A stretch of 64,000 bases of DNA, from IMG/VR virus record IMGVR_UViG_3300044213_000107, positions 62,001 through 126,000 of that record; one strand, 5' to 3'. Below, piece by piece: positions 55,876-64,000 of this stretch (position 1 is the first letter of the stretch; each line of letters opens with the position of its first letter). Made by a program: the position numbers and the translations under genes. The notes beneath the pieces were generated by a model. It ran no database searches. It saw nothing but the letters and a program-made list of their open reading frames with translations, and was not told where the DNA came from.

Positions 55876-56620
55876 TTGATTGTGTCCATGTTACTATTTC
55901 CCAGGTGCCGTTATGATGTTCAACCAAAGCAGTACACGACTCGACCCAGTCACCATCGTTCATATAAGTTATATCATCTATGTATTTAATCTCAGCATGA
56001 TGTATGTGTCCGCAGATAACACCGTCATATCCACGCTTTTTACAATAATTTGCAATTGTAACTTCAAATTTAAACATAAAGTCTATGGCTTTTTTGACTC
56101 TGTGTTTAAGGTATTTGCTAAGGCTCCAGTAACCGAACCCCAAACGATGGCGGATCCAATTAAATCTGCTATTGACACCAAGAATGAAATCATATGCTTT
56201 ATCTCCAAGAAAACTCAACCACGGTGCCAATCTTGTAATACCATCAAACATATCTCCGTGCACCACAAGATAATGTCGGCGATCCACCCCAATGTGTTCT
56301 GTTTGATTGCATATCTCTACACTGCCAAACGTGGCGGCATAAGGCATCATTGGTCGTAAAAATTCATCGTGATTACCAGCTATGTAAACAACTCGTGTAC
56401 CACGTTTGGCATGACCCAATATACGGCGAATCACATTAGTATGGCTTTGCTTCCATCGAAGTTTGTTTTGTTGTATCTTCCAAGCATCAATTATATCTCC
56501 TACTAGATATAAAGTTTCGCAAGTATTGTGTTTAAGAAAATTGTTTAATTGCTCGGCCTTACAATCTTTTGTGCCAAGATGTACATCACTGACAAAGATA
56601 CTACGATAGGTTTTTTGCAT
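55841..56620 (-). CDS. UDP-2,3-diacylglucosamine diphosphatase-like (LpxH-like) metallophosphoesterase
   Basis: SDVHLG, GDIID, GNHD, HGD, GHIHH and NDGDWVES motifs. Confidence 0.88.
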   Translation of the reverse strand: MQKTYRSIFVSDVHLGTKDCKAEQLNNFLKHNTCETLYLVGDIIDAWKIQQNKLRWKQSHTNVIRRILGHAKRGTRVVYIAGNHDEFLRPMMPYAATFGSVEICNQTEHIGVDRRHYLVVHGDMFDGITRLAPWLSFLGDKAYDFILGVNSRFNWIRHRLGFGYWSLSKYLKHRVKKAIDFMFKFEVTIANYCKKRGYDGVICGHIHHAEIKYIDDITYMNDGDWVESCTALVEHHNGTWEIVTWTQSNDSIDNIKTRT

Positions 56621-56668
56621 ACTAGTATTTACGCAAAAACTTTTGGAGAAATATTACAAGTATATTAC

Positions 56669-56896
56669 CTATCGTTTGGTAGGATGAAAACTGTTGACTT
56701 CTCGCTGACCGTCTCGAACTTTTTTGGTGCAACTTATTCGTAAATCTAAATTGGTAATACGATCGCAATCACCGACATTTAAGGTCGCTATTGCCATACA
56801 TTGTATTTTTTCATTGCCGCGTAATCTTGCACAATCATTAATATCAATTGCGTGAGAAAATACAGGAATTAGTAAAATTACGAGCATGTAATACAT
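56669..56896 (-). CDS. Small secreted Cys-rich protein
   Basis: Signal peptide; four Cys residues. Confidence 0.6.
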   Translation of the reverse strand: MYYMLVILLIPVFSHAIDINDCARLRGNEKIQCMAIATLNVGDCDRITNLDLRISCTKKVRDGQREVNSFHPTKR

Positions 56897-56916
56897 AATG
56901 TATTTACTTGAGACGT

Positions 56917-56941
56917 AAAAAAAGGCTCCGCAGAGCCTTTT
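56917..56941. terminator. Intrinsic terminator
   Basis: AAAAGGCTC-CGCA-GAGCCTTTT. Confidence 0.85.
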
Positions 56942-56955
56942 AAAATAGTAATTGA

Positions 56956-57879
56956 TTATGCTGGGATAAAATCAATACCAGTTCCGGCCAATACACCAGT
57001 TGTTGCTGGAGCGACGCCAACTAAACCAACAGTTTGTTGGAATGCGGTAATGTGTGCGGCTGCGGCTAACATAGCACCTTCAGTTGTAGCACCTGTTGCT
57101 AGTTGTGTAACATAAGGTAATGCTTGTGCTGGAGTTGGTGCAGTACCAACTACATTAGTATAAACATAGTTTACAAAACTTGCGTAATCACTTCCACCTG
57201 CGGCAGCGGCAAATACACTAGAACTTGCAATTGCTTGTGCTACTTGTGCGCTTGTTGAACCACTGTCTTCCATCTTGATGCCAAGACCTTCGTATGTAGT
57301 GTTAACCGTACCACCAAGACCTGCTTTAAGCAATGCATACACATCACCTGCGTGACCAGTAATGTCAAATGCAGTTGACTTGTCTGTGTAGTTAACACGT
57401 TGGTAGTTGTTTAAATTAAAACTTACCAATGTATCTAATGCACTTGTAACCTTAAGAATGTTATCTGCAGTATCATTTACTAAAGTATAGTCAGCACTTT
57501 TATCATTGAAAGTATATGTGTTTACTGCTGCAGTAGCGTCTGGAGTTACATTAACGATTGTTTGAACGATGCCGTTACCAACTGCACCTGTTCCAGCGGT
57601 GCCAAATCCTTTAATAGATCCACCTGTTCCAACGGCAGTTACAATTACTACATCGTTGTTTGCTGGTGCGGCTCCACCTAGGCTGGTTCCTGCAAGCGTG
57701 ATAGTGTCACCCAAGGCATAACCTGTGCCAAGATTTGCAGCTTCGATTGTGGTTGTATAAGCACCGTTTGTTTTTGTTACATCAAACTTAGCACCTGTGC
57801 CTGAACCTGATGTTGTGCCAGTTACGGCCGTGAAAGTTGAATTAATTGGGACTACCCCGATTGTTACTGTTGTTGTCAT
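56956..57879 (-). CDS. T/A/G-rich protein with C-terminal DUF4214/S-layer-like domain
   Basis: GTGYALGDTITL repeat; FVNYVYTNVVG..P......Y...L..G. Confidence 0.6.
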   Translation of the reverse strand: MTTTVTIGVVPINSTFTAVTGTTSGSGTGAKFDVTKTNGAYTTTIEAANLGTGYALGDTITLAGTSLGGAAPANNDVVIVTAVGTGGSIKGFGTAGTGAVGNGIVQTIVNVTPDATAAVNTYTFNDKSADYTLVNDTADNILKVTSALDTLVSFNLNNYQRVNYTDKSTAFDITGHAGDVYALLKAGLGGTVNTTYEGLGIKMEDSGSTSAQVAQAIASSSVFAAAAGGSDYASFVNYVYTNVVGTAPTPAQALPYVTQLATGATTEGAMLAAAAHITAFQQTVGLVGVAPATTGVLAGTGIDFIPA

Positions 57880-57957
57880 TTTTTTCCTTTGTTGAATACA
57901 ATAATCTAATAGTATATAGTATTTATACTGATATGAGCAAGTGATTTTTATACCGTT

Positions 57958-58212
57958 TTATTTGTCTAATCTGCGAAAGGTATCTTCGCAGACATAATCT
58001 GTACCTTTGGTTATAATGACATTATGATTACAACGGTATTCGCAGAGTCTATTACCGTGGTCGTCGATCCTTACGGATGTGATGTGGCAAGACTCTACTT
58101 CGGCTATAATTCCCGGAGGATTGATTGTGATATTAACCGATTTGGGTATTAGCGGGGCAACTGTGGTTGCGGTTACCGTTGCTACTAATATTAGTTTACT
58201 CGGCGTTTTCAT
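57958..58212 (-). CDS. Small secreted Cys-containing protein
   Basis: Likely start MKTPSKL after TAAATA; hydrophobic N-terminus. Confidence 0.55.
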   Translation of the reverse strand: MKTPSKLILVATVTATTVAPLIPKSVNITINPPGIIAEVESCHITSVRIDDHGNRLCEYRCNHNVIITKGTDYVCEDTFRRLDK

Positions 58213-58263
58213 AAATGTATTTACAGCACGAATCACACAATGTTATCTGCTAATAAATCGCCA

Positions 58264-58288
58264 TAAAAAAGAGCCTTTCGGCTCTTTA
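58264..58288. terminator. Intrinsic terminator
   Basis: AAAGAGCC-TTTC-GGCTCTTT. Confidence 0.8.
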
Positions 58289-58342
58289 GTTCTGGTTACG
58301 AGTTCCAGTATCCACTCTATCGGTGTGGTCGGTTTTTATCTA

Positions 58343-58888
58343 TTAGAAACTAACAGCAATACCTAGTCCATATGCATTTTCAGTAATTGTTTGATAACTC
58401 TTACTTGCATTTAGATTAATGGCAAGACCTTTAGTAACCGGAATTGAATATGTACCCCAAGCAACTGATTGCTTTGGATTAGCATCATTCCAATTTACAC
58501 GAGTCTTAACACCAACGATAGCAAAACCAGGACCTGCTGGCATACCTGCGTTAACACCAACTACACCATAATCATACTTAGATGCTGGCTTACCTGATGG
58601 GCCGTTGTCATATCCATATCCAACATATGGCGTGAACATGCCAATTTTTTTACCAACTGTGGTTTCTAGGCTAGAAAATGTACCAGCACCATTATGATAA
58701 ATGCCTGTACGTCCTTGCAAACCTAGTTGAAGACCTGCTAGTTCTTTACCAGCACGAATATATTCGGCGGTAGAGATTGCTTTAGTTGTTGTGTCCTTGA
58801 CGTGGTCAACATCATACTCAACAAAGTTAGCAGCCATTGAAACCATTGCGGTCAAAGACATTAGTGTTGCAATTGCAATTTTTTTCAT
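58343..58888 (-). CDS. Outer-membrane beta-barrel protein
   Basis: Sec signal; alternating beta strands; C-terminal YGLGIAVSF resembling a BAM signal. Confidence 0.75.
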   Translation of the reverse strand: MKKIAIATLMSLTAMVSMAANFVEYDVDHVKDTTTKAISTAEYIRAGKELAGLQLGLQGRTGIYHNGAGTFSSLETTVGKKIGMFTPYVGYGYDNGPSGKPASKYDYGVVGVNAGMPAGPGFAIVGVKTRVNWNDANPKQSVAWGTYSIPVTKGLAINLNASKSYQTITENAYGLGIAVSF

Positions 58889-58962
58889 TTTTGTATTTCC
58901 TTTATTAAATGATTGCTTAGATCATATTATATATTTATGTAAAAGCAAGGTCAAGAATTATA

Positions 58963-59265
58963 TTATATGTTTTTGCCCAATTTGATTAAATGTGCCTCAT
59001 CACCAACTCCAACTACGCAAGCAACACTATCATTATACTCTATCATAGTCCAACTGTGAGTCGTTGGATTTGTAGTTAAAATGTATTTTGAATTATCACC
59101 TGCGCCACGCCAAAATGGTTGTTCTTGAAATTCGCTGGATACGTATTCGATAACCGTTTTCAAACTACTACAAACAACTGGTTTTTCTGCTTTATAAACT
59201 TGGGCGTTGGCTACAAGACTGGTTAAGGCTAATAGGAACGCTACCGAGATTTTCCACATAGCCAC
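58963..59265 (-). CDS. Secreted hypothetical protein
   Basis: Signal peptide; KPVVCS...WTMIE...ACVVGVG. Confidence 0.6.
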   Translation of the reverse strand: MAMWKISVAFLLALTSLVANAQVYKAEKPVVCSSLKTVIEYVSSEFQEQPFWRGAGDNSKYILTTNPTTHSWTMIEYNDSVACVVGVGDEAHLIKLGKNI

Positions 59266-59280
59266 TCCTTAAAATAGTAT

Positions 59281-59454
59281 TTAGTGCCCAGGCCAGGAGA
59301 ACCAACTATATTTTTGTAATTGACGTATTACTTCGTCTTCGTTTTCTCTAAATTCTTTTGCAGCCAGCTCAACAAATACTACCCAACTATTAGCATAATC
59401 ATCACAGCCTTGTTGCCATTGTTGGTACATATCACGGACTACGTATTCATTCAT
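59281..59454 (-). CDS. 57-aa hypothetical protein (not in the ORF track)
   Basis: MNEYVVRDMYQQWQQG...KYSWFSWPGH; ATGA coupling. Confidence 0.5.
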   Translation of the reverse strand: MNEYVVRDMYQQWQQGCDDYANSWVVFVELAAKEFRENEDEVIRQLQKYSWFSWPGH

Positions 59455-59603
59455 TGAGTGGGTGTTTGTTTAGATTGTGCGGGTTCAGTGGGTTTGGTAG
59501 CAGCTTTGGTTTCTTTGAGTAGGCGTGTGGCAGCAGGACTAGAACGATGTACAACAGGTGCAGGTGTGTGTTTCGGGGCGGGATTGCGTTTGAACCAACT
59601 CAT
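59451..59603 (-). CDS. 50-aa Pro/Lys-rich protein (not in the ORF track)
   Basis: MSWFKRNPAPKHTPAPVVH...; TAAATA motif upstream. Confidence 0.5.
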   Translation of the reverse strand: MSWFKRNPAPKHTPAPVVHRSSPAATRLLKETKAATKPTEPAQSKQTPTQ

Positions 59604-59658
59604 GTTTTCTCTCTATATAAAATATTTACAGAGAAAACAATAAATTTATATGCCCAGT

Positions 59659-59964
59659 TTAACCTCGTTCACATACCACGGTATAAAAACTATCTAGTTC
59701 TCCACCAAATTTTCCCATTAGATGTTCAGCAATATCCCTGCACAATTTGTAATTTTCTTGTGCTGCCGAAGCCAAAAACTCGTCATGAAACCGGCGCCAG
59801 TAATCGAGCATTTCTATTTCTTTTGTGGGTATCCTTGCAGTCTCAACTACACAATAGGGTTCTAAGGATTGTCCATTTTCTGCAACTATTGTTTCTAGTT
59901 TAAAAATAGTAAATTGCCCATCTAACTCAGATGGCAACATAGACTTATCAAATATAATATTCAT
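59659..59964 (-). CDS. Hypothetical protein
   Basis: Likely start MNIIFDK; ends GKFGGELDSFY. Confidence 0.6.
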   Translation of the reverse strand: MNIIFDKSMLPSELDGQFTIFKLETIVAENGQSLEPYCVVETARIPTKEIEMLDYWRRFHDEFLASAAQENYKLCRDIAEHLMGKFGGELDSFYTVVCERG

Positions 59965-60497
59965 TGTTTTTGTATTCCTAATTTGCGATAAACCTGTTGA
60001 ACTGCAATGGCTTGGCTTACACAATCTTCTAAAGCGTTATGCAGTCCTGCTTTGCCTTTGACCCTAGGATCACCGTGCACACCAAACAAGGTGCGACTAT
60101 CACGTATTTGCCAAAACTGCCAGGGTGTGGGCCAGCCATATTGACGATATAGGTTTTCTAAGATGGCAATATCAAACACCGGACCTTGTGCCCAAATATT
60201 ATTTACACCAACTAAAAATCTGTTCAATTGACGATACATTTCCTCTACAGGAACGCGACCTTCGGTGCCCAGTGCTTCTTCGCGAACGTCATCGGCTTGG
60301 TCCATCCACCAACGAACAGTATCATCTTGTACTTCACGACCACGAGCAATCTGCTCATCCACATCCGGTCTAATGTATAAACCAGGTCCAGGGTCAGTTA
60401 AAGTAAAAGGATTAAATTTAACTGCGCCCAGTGTAAGTATAACACACTCTGGGCGAGTTCCTAAGGTTTCTAAATCAAGCATACAATCTTGTGTCAT
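59961..60497 (-). CDS. DEDDh 3'-5' exoribonuclease (RNase T/Rv2179c-like)
   Basis: MLDLETLG, WAQGPVFD, RDSRTL and HNALEDC motifs; promoter TTGACA-17-TATAAT at 60504-60532. Confidence 0.9.
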   Translation of the reverse strand: MTQDCMLDLETLGTRPECVILTLGAVKFNPFTLTDPGPGLYIRPDVDEQIARGREVQDDTVRWWMDQADDVREEALGTEGRVPVEEMYRQLNRFLVGVNNIWAQGPVFDIAILENLYRQYGWPTPWQFWQIRDSRTLFGVHGDPRVKGKAGLHNALEDCVSQAIAVQQVYRKLGIQKQ

Positions 60498-60517
60498 GCT
60501 TGTATTATACTGGGTTT

Positions 60518-60994
60518 TTATTTAGTTGTCAAGACTTTCATAGTCTCAGCTGCAGCCACTCGCTTACGCAAACTGGTTGAACTAAAACTATGATCTCGAC
60601 CATTGAATACAATATCAATATTTCGTTTCCAACAGGCTTCATCGCCTGAGAATTGTTTACCTTCGTACTCAACACCCAAAATTCTAACATCAACAGGAAG
60701 GATCAGCAACAAGTCTATCAAATCCTGTTCGGTTGAATATACCACAACTTCGTCCACATAACGGCAAGCCGACAATTGGATTTGTCGCTCAACAATACTT
60801 TGGATTGGTTTGTTTTTGGTATCGGGACGATCGATTGTTGGATCTGTTTGCAATCCGGCAATCAAGTAATCGCAGTGATTTTTAGCGTCCGACAACATAG
60901 CTACATGCCCAGCATGCAGCATATCAAAAGTGCTAAAAGTTATGCCAATTTTTTTACCATCAGCTTTAAGTTTTTTTACATGATTAAATATCAT
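60518..60994 (-). CDS. Cytidylyltransferase (TagD-like, HIGH family)
   Basis: STFDMLHAGHV...ER...YVDEVV...SSTSLR. Confidence 0.9.
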   Translation of the reverse strand: MIFNHVKKLKADGKKIGITFSTFDMLHAGHVAMLSDAKNHCDYLIAGLQTDPTIDRPDTKNKPIQSIVERQIQLSACRYVDEVVVYSTEQDLIDLLLILPVDVRILGVEYEGKQFSGDEACWKRNIDIVFNGRDHSFSSTSLRKRVAAAETMKVLTTK

Positions 60995-61830
60995 AATACT
61001 TCCTATTATCTTTTAATGTATTTTTTGCATAGTATGCAATGTATGCTTGTTCAAATGAATTGGTTGGTATAGTTGTATAGTCTTCATCTGATTCAATTTT
61101 TTTTATAATTTCTTTTACTTTAGACCAAGAATGGTATGCTTTATTTTTACTCATAAATTGATTCCAAAATTCCATCAAACCAACCGTGTCTATGTCTGTA
61201 TCAACATCTAAAAACTTTTTAATTTTTATTAACTCATCTATTAATGATTGAAAATTAAAAAAATTATTCATTTTTACATGTATACATTCCATGCTTGAAT
61301 CCATCCACTCATTAATAAATTTACAATGCGGCGATGCATTTATGAACCAATAGAGCTGAGTTGCCACTTCAAATGTAGTATAATTTTTTTTTATCTCCAC
61401 AATTTTGAATAAAACTATCTACAAATGATTTGCTAATTTTTATAAATTTTTCTTGAGTGTTTATCTCTAAAGTGTCTAAATCTATATTATTATCATTGAC
61501 AGTATACCATGTATTGTATTCTAACAAGTATTCCGTGTCTACGTCTATTCGTATTAAACCATAGATTGGGAAATCGACAATATTATCCGACTTATAAATT
61601 TTTTTATACTCGTCACTAACAAAATGCGAAGCAGATTTATGATATGCAACAGTGTTCTTTGAACGTTGATAATCTAAATTATTGAAAGCATTATGACTAG
61701 AACCAACTTCTGTTAGTGGATTGAATGCTTTAGCACTTGGTAACTCCAACAAAAATCGATTTATCAGGTAATCTAAAAAAATGCCATGAGATCCAGGATA
61801 GTAATCAATTTGAAGTTGAGAAAACCTCAT
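60984..61830 (-). pseudogene. AT-rich gene apparently split by a +1 frameshift in an A9 tract (ORFs 61369-61830 and 60984-61400)
   Basis: GAT AAA AAA AAA TTA: removing one A fuses the two ORFs. The second ORF has no obvious RBS. Confidence 0.55.
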
Positions 61831-62144
61831 TAACTATCCTGTTCCAATTTAATTTGTAAAGGGAACCCGTTATTTCGAGCAAGTAGCGTTGCTTCGACAC
61901 CTTTTTGCTCAGCTAACTCAAAAGGCAAAGTAATAACCACTGCAGAACCTTCTTCGTGTATTTTCATAGTTAACTCAACTGCAGTTTCTTCGGTGTGATC
62001 AAAAATAGTTTTAAGAGATTCAACTACAAATTCCATGGTTGTTTGGTTATCATTTAGATAAATGACATTAAACAATTTTGGAGGTGCAAGATCTAATTTT
62101 GGTTCAATACAAGTACGAGTCAAAGTTTCTGTGTTAGTTGTCAT
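61830..62144 (-). CDS. clpS: Clp protease adaptor ClpS
   Basis: FNVIYLNDNQTTMEFVV...IHEEG.A...AEQK...PL. Confidence 0.95.
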   Translation of the reverse strand: MTTNTETLTRTCIEPKLDLAPPKLFNVIYLNDNQTTMEFVVESLKTIFDHTEETAVELTMKIHEEGSAVVITLPFELAEQKGVEATLLARNNGFPLQIKLEQDS

Positions 62145-62162
62145 AATTTGTCTTTAAGTTAG

Positions 62163-62184
62163 AAAGGGGAGTTGCCTCCCCTTA
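62163..62184. terminator. Intrinsic terminator after hsp20
   Basis: AAGGGGAG-TTGC-CTCCCCTT. Confidence 0.8.
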
Positions 62185-62201
62185 TTATACTGCAACCTAG
62201 A

Positions 62202-62642
62202 TTATTTTGCAAATGTTATTGCAATTTTTTTAGGTTTGTCTTCTTCTGGAACTACTTGTTCAAGAGCAATAGCCAAAATACCATTTTTAACTGTTGCACC
62301 ACGAACTTCAATGTGTTCGGCTAAAGGGAATGTGCGCACAAAATTGCGAGCCGAAATACCTTTGTGTAGATATTCTACATCATCGCGTTTTGCTTGCTCA
62401 CCTTTAACTGTAAGCACATTTTCTTTGAGTTCTACGTCAATTTCACTTTCGTTAAAACCAGCGACTGCAACTTCGATTACATAATGTGTGTCATCAATTT
62501 TGACTACATTATGTGGTGGATAATTGCCGTCTGTTTTGCTGTTTGCAAAAGTGCGATTTAACTGCTCAAACAAGTTGTCAAAGCCAATGGCATGACGGTG
62601 TAAAGAGGGTAAATCAATCGTGTGAAGTGTAAAATTTGTCAT
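62202..62642 (-). CDS. Small heat-shock protein Hsp20 (IbpA/B-like)
   Basis: IGFD, YPPHNV, AVAGF, YLHKGISARNF and NGIL motifs; start MTNFT. Confidence 0.93.
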   Translation of the reverse strand: MTNFTLHTIDLPSLHRHAIGFDNLFEQLNRTFANSKTDGNYPPHNVVKIDDTHYVIEVAVAGFNESEIDVELKENVLTVKGEQAKRDDVEYLHKGISARNFVRTFPLAEHIEVRGATVKNGILAIALEQVVPEEDKPKKIAITFAK

Positions 62643-62733
62643 TTTTGTTTCTCCTTTATAAGCAAGTTTTATGACTAAGTTGTGTAGCCCACTATTGGCA
62701 CTACACATTTATTTATTATACACAGAAAAAATC

Positions 62734-62973
62734 TTAATACAATCTTTTTGGTAAACTATCTGCTTCGATTTTCTTTTGCCAGCGACGCTTGGCTTGACTA
62801 CGTGCTTTTTTACGAGCAGTAGTGGGTTTTTCGTAAAATTCTTTTTCACGAAGTTCTTGTATTAATCCAGTTTCTTGGATTTTCTTTTTAAATTTGCGCA
62901 GGGCTTTTTCTACGTTATCGTAGCTAACGTAAACTGTTAGACCTCGTTTGCGACTTCTATTATCGTATGTCAT
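62734..62973 (-). CDS. rpsU: 30S ribosomal protein bS21
   Basis: NVEKALRKFKK...ELREKEFYEKPT..RK. Confidence 0.93.
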   Translation of the reverse strand: MTYDNRSRKRGLTVYVSYDNVEKALRKFKKKIQETGLIQELREKEFYEKPTTARKKARSQAKRRWQKKIEADSLPKRLY

Positions 62974-62974
62974 A

Positions 62975-64000
62975 TTATGTGTAAATTGGTTCAGTTTTAT
63001 ATTTAACTGTTTCAGCAGTTATTTGTATTTTTTTATAGCCGGCTTGTTTAATTTCGGATATTTTATACAAAAATGGTTGTAAAGTTCTCTCTATGATGCT
63101 TTTTAATGCTCTAGCACCTATTTTCATGCTTGCAGCTTCTTCCGCAATGGTTTTTACAGCTTCTGGTGTAAATTCTAATGCAACCGAGTCTGCTTCAAAA
63201 TAAAACTGCATTTGTTTAATTAAATTGTTTTTTGGTTTAATCAGTATACTAACAAAATCATCTAGAGTTAATTTATTTACAGAAACCAAAACAGGAAATC
63301 TACCTACAAATTCAGGAATCATTCCATACTGTATAAAATCTTCCCAGTCAGCGGTGTCAGAAGTTTTTATGTTATTAGTAGTTGATCTAAACCCTATGCC
63401 GGTTCCGCGGCATCGTTGTTCTATAATTCGATCTAGATCACTAAATGCTCCACTGGCTATAAACAGTATGTTTGTTGTATCTATATCAATTTGGTCCAAG
63501 CTAGGATGTTTTTTGTTATTGCCAATTGGTACTCTGCATACTGTACCTTCAACTAGTTTTAATAGTGCCTGTTGTACACCCTCACCACTAACATCTCGAG
63601 TAATACTAGGCCCTTCGCTTTTACGGCCAATTTTATCTATTTCATCTAAAAATACAATTCCGCGTTGGCATGCTTCTACATCGTAATCTGCTTCAGCAAA
63701 TAAACGAGCAATCATGGTATCTACATCATCGCCAACATACCCCGACTCGGTTAATGTTGTTGCATCGGCAATAACAAACGGTACATTCAAGTATCGTGCA
63801 ATAGTTCGTGCTAATAATGTTTTCCCTGATCCAGTTGAACCAAATAACAATATATTACTTTTTTCTAATTCTACACGACTGTTAAAAAATACACGTTTAT
63901 AATGATTTGTGACCCCGACACTCAATGCTATTTTTGCAGCATCTTGGCCAATTACGTATAAATCTAAAAACTGTTTTATCTTAACAGGATCTAATGCTCG
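62975..64000 (-). CDS. clpX: ATP-dependent Clp protease ATPase ClpX (5' end outside the window)
   Basis: YVIGQD, KSNILLFGSTGSGKT, DATTLTESGYVG, DEIDKI, RDVSGEGVQQALLK and GARAL; frame open to 64000. Confidence 0.95.
   Translation of the reverse strand, partial: RALDPVKIKQFLDLYVIGQDAAKIALSVGVTNHYKRVFFNSRVELEKSNILLFGSTGSGKTLLARTIARYLNVPFVIADATTLTESGYVGDDVDTMIARLFAEADYDVEACQRGIVFLDEIDKIGRKSEGPSITRDVSGEGVQQALLKLVEGTVCRVPIGNNKKHPSLDQIDIDTTNILFIASGAFSDLDRIIEQRCRGTGIGFRSTTNNIKTSDTADWEDFIQYGMIPEFVGRFPVLVSVNKLTLDDFVSILIKPKNNLIKQMQFYFEADSVALEFTPEAVKTIAEEAASMKIGARALKSIIERTLQPFLYKISEIKQAGYKKIQITAETVKYKTEPIYT

Noticed and set aside
1-64000. CRISPR array or tRNA cluster
   Set aside because: No regularly spaced 25-45 nt direct repeats or cloverleafs were seen by eye; a tRNAscan or CRISPR-finder run would be definitive.
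1-64000. Stop-codon reassignment (alternative genetic code)
   Set aside because: Conserved genes (ligase, ClpP, ClpX, UvsE) are intact in code 11, and TAA, TGA and TAG all appear as terminators.

Overview
A 64 kb, AT-rich, mostly minus-strand segment of a large T4-like (jumbo) tailed phage genome. The host is probably a betaproteobacterium; this is inferred from a DUF3579-like gene, the tmRNA tag and ErpA, and was not verified by any search. The window runs from baseplate/tail-fibre genes through host-like genes for Fe-S and redox handling (erpA, SOD, rubrerythrin plus rubredoxin), UV repair (uvsE) and an ATP-dependent DNA ligase. It carries a near-complete translation-rescue and proteolysis kit (IF-1, bS21, RimK, ClpX, ClpP, ClpS, Hsp20 and a circularly permuted two-piece tmRNA), lipid and envelope enzymes (desaturase, malonyl-CoA decarboxylase-like, LpxH-like, glycosyltransferases, DD-carboxypeptidase, OM beta-barrel, LysM-GH19) and a sugar/amidino modification cluster. 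The most striking unexplained structures are: (1) a tandem array of about 17 highly diverged small paralogs ending in F-x-L-(K/R)-W-S, whose last codons often double as the RBS and start of the next gene; (2) a putative virion polyprotein built from modules joined by an invariant GTGGCGGAA (V-A-E) linker; (3) a homing endonuclease that split a glycosyltransferase 5' end and rebuilt it; (4) widespread apparently leaderless late transcription; and (5) two recurring palindromic operator-like motifs. No tRNA genes or CRISPR arrays were seen. All family assignments come from motif recognition by eye.
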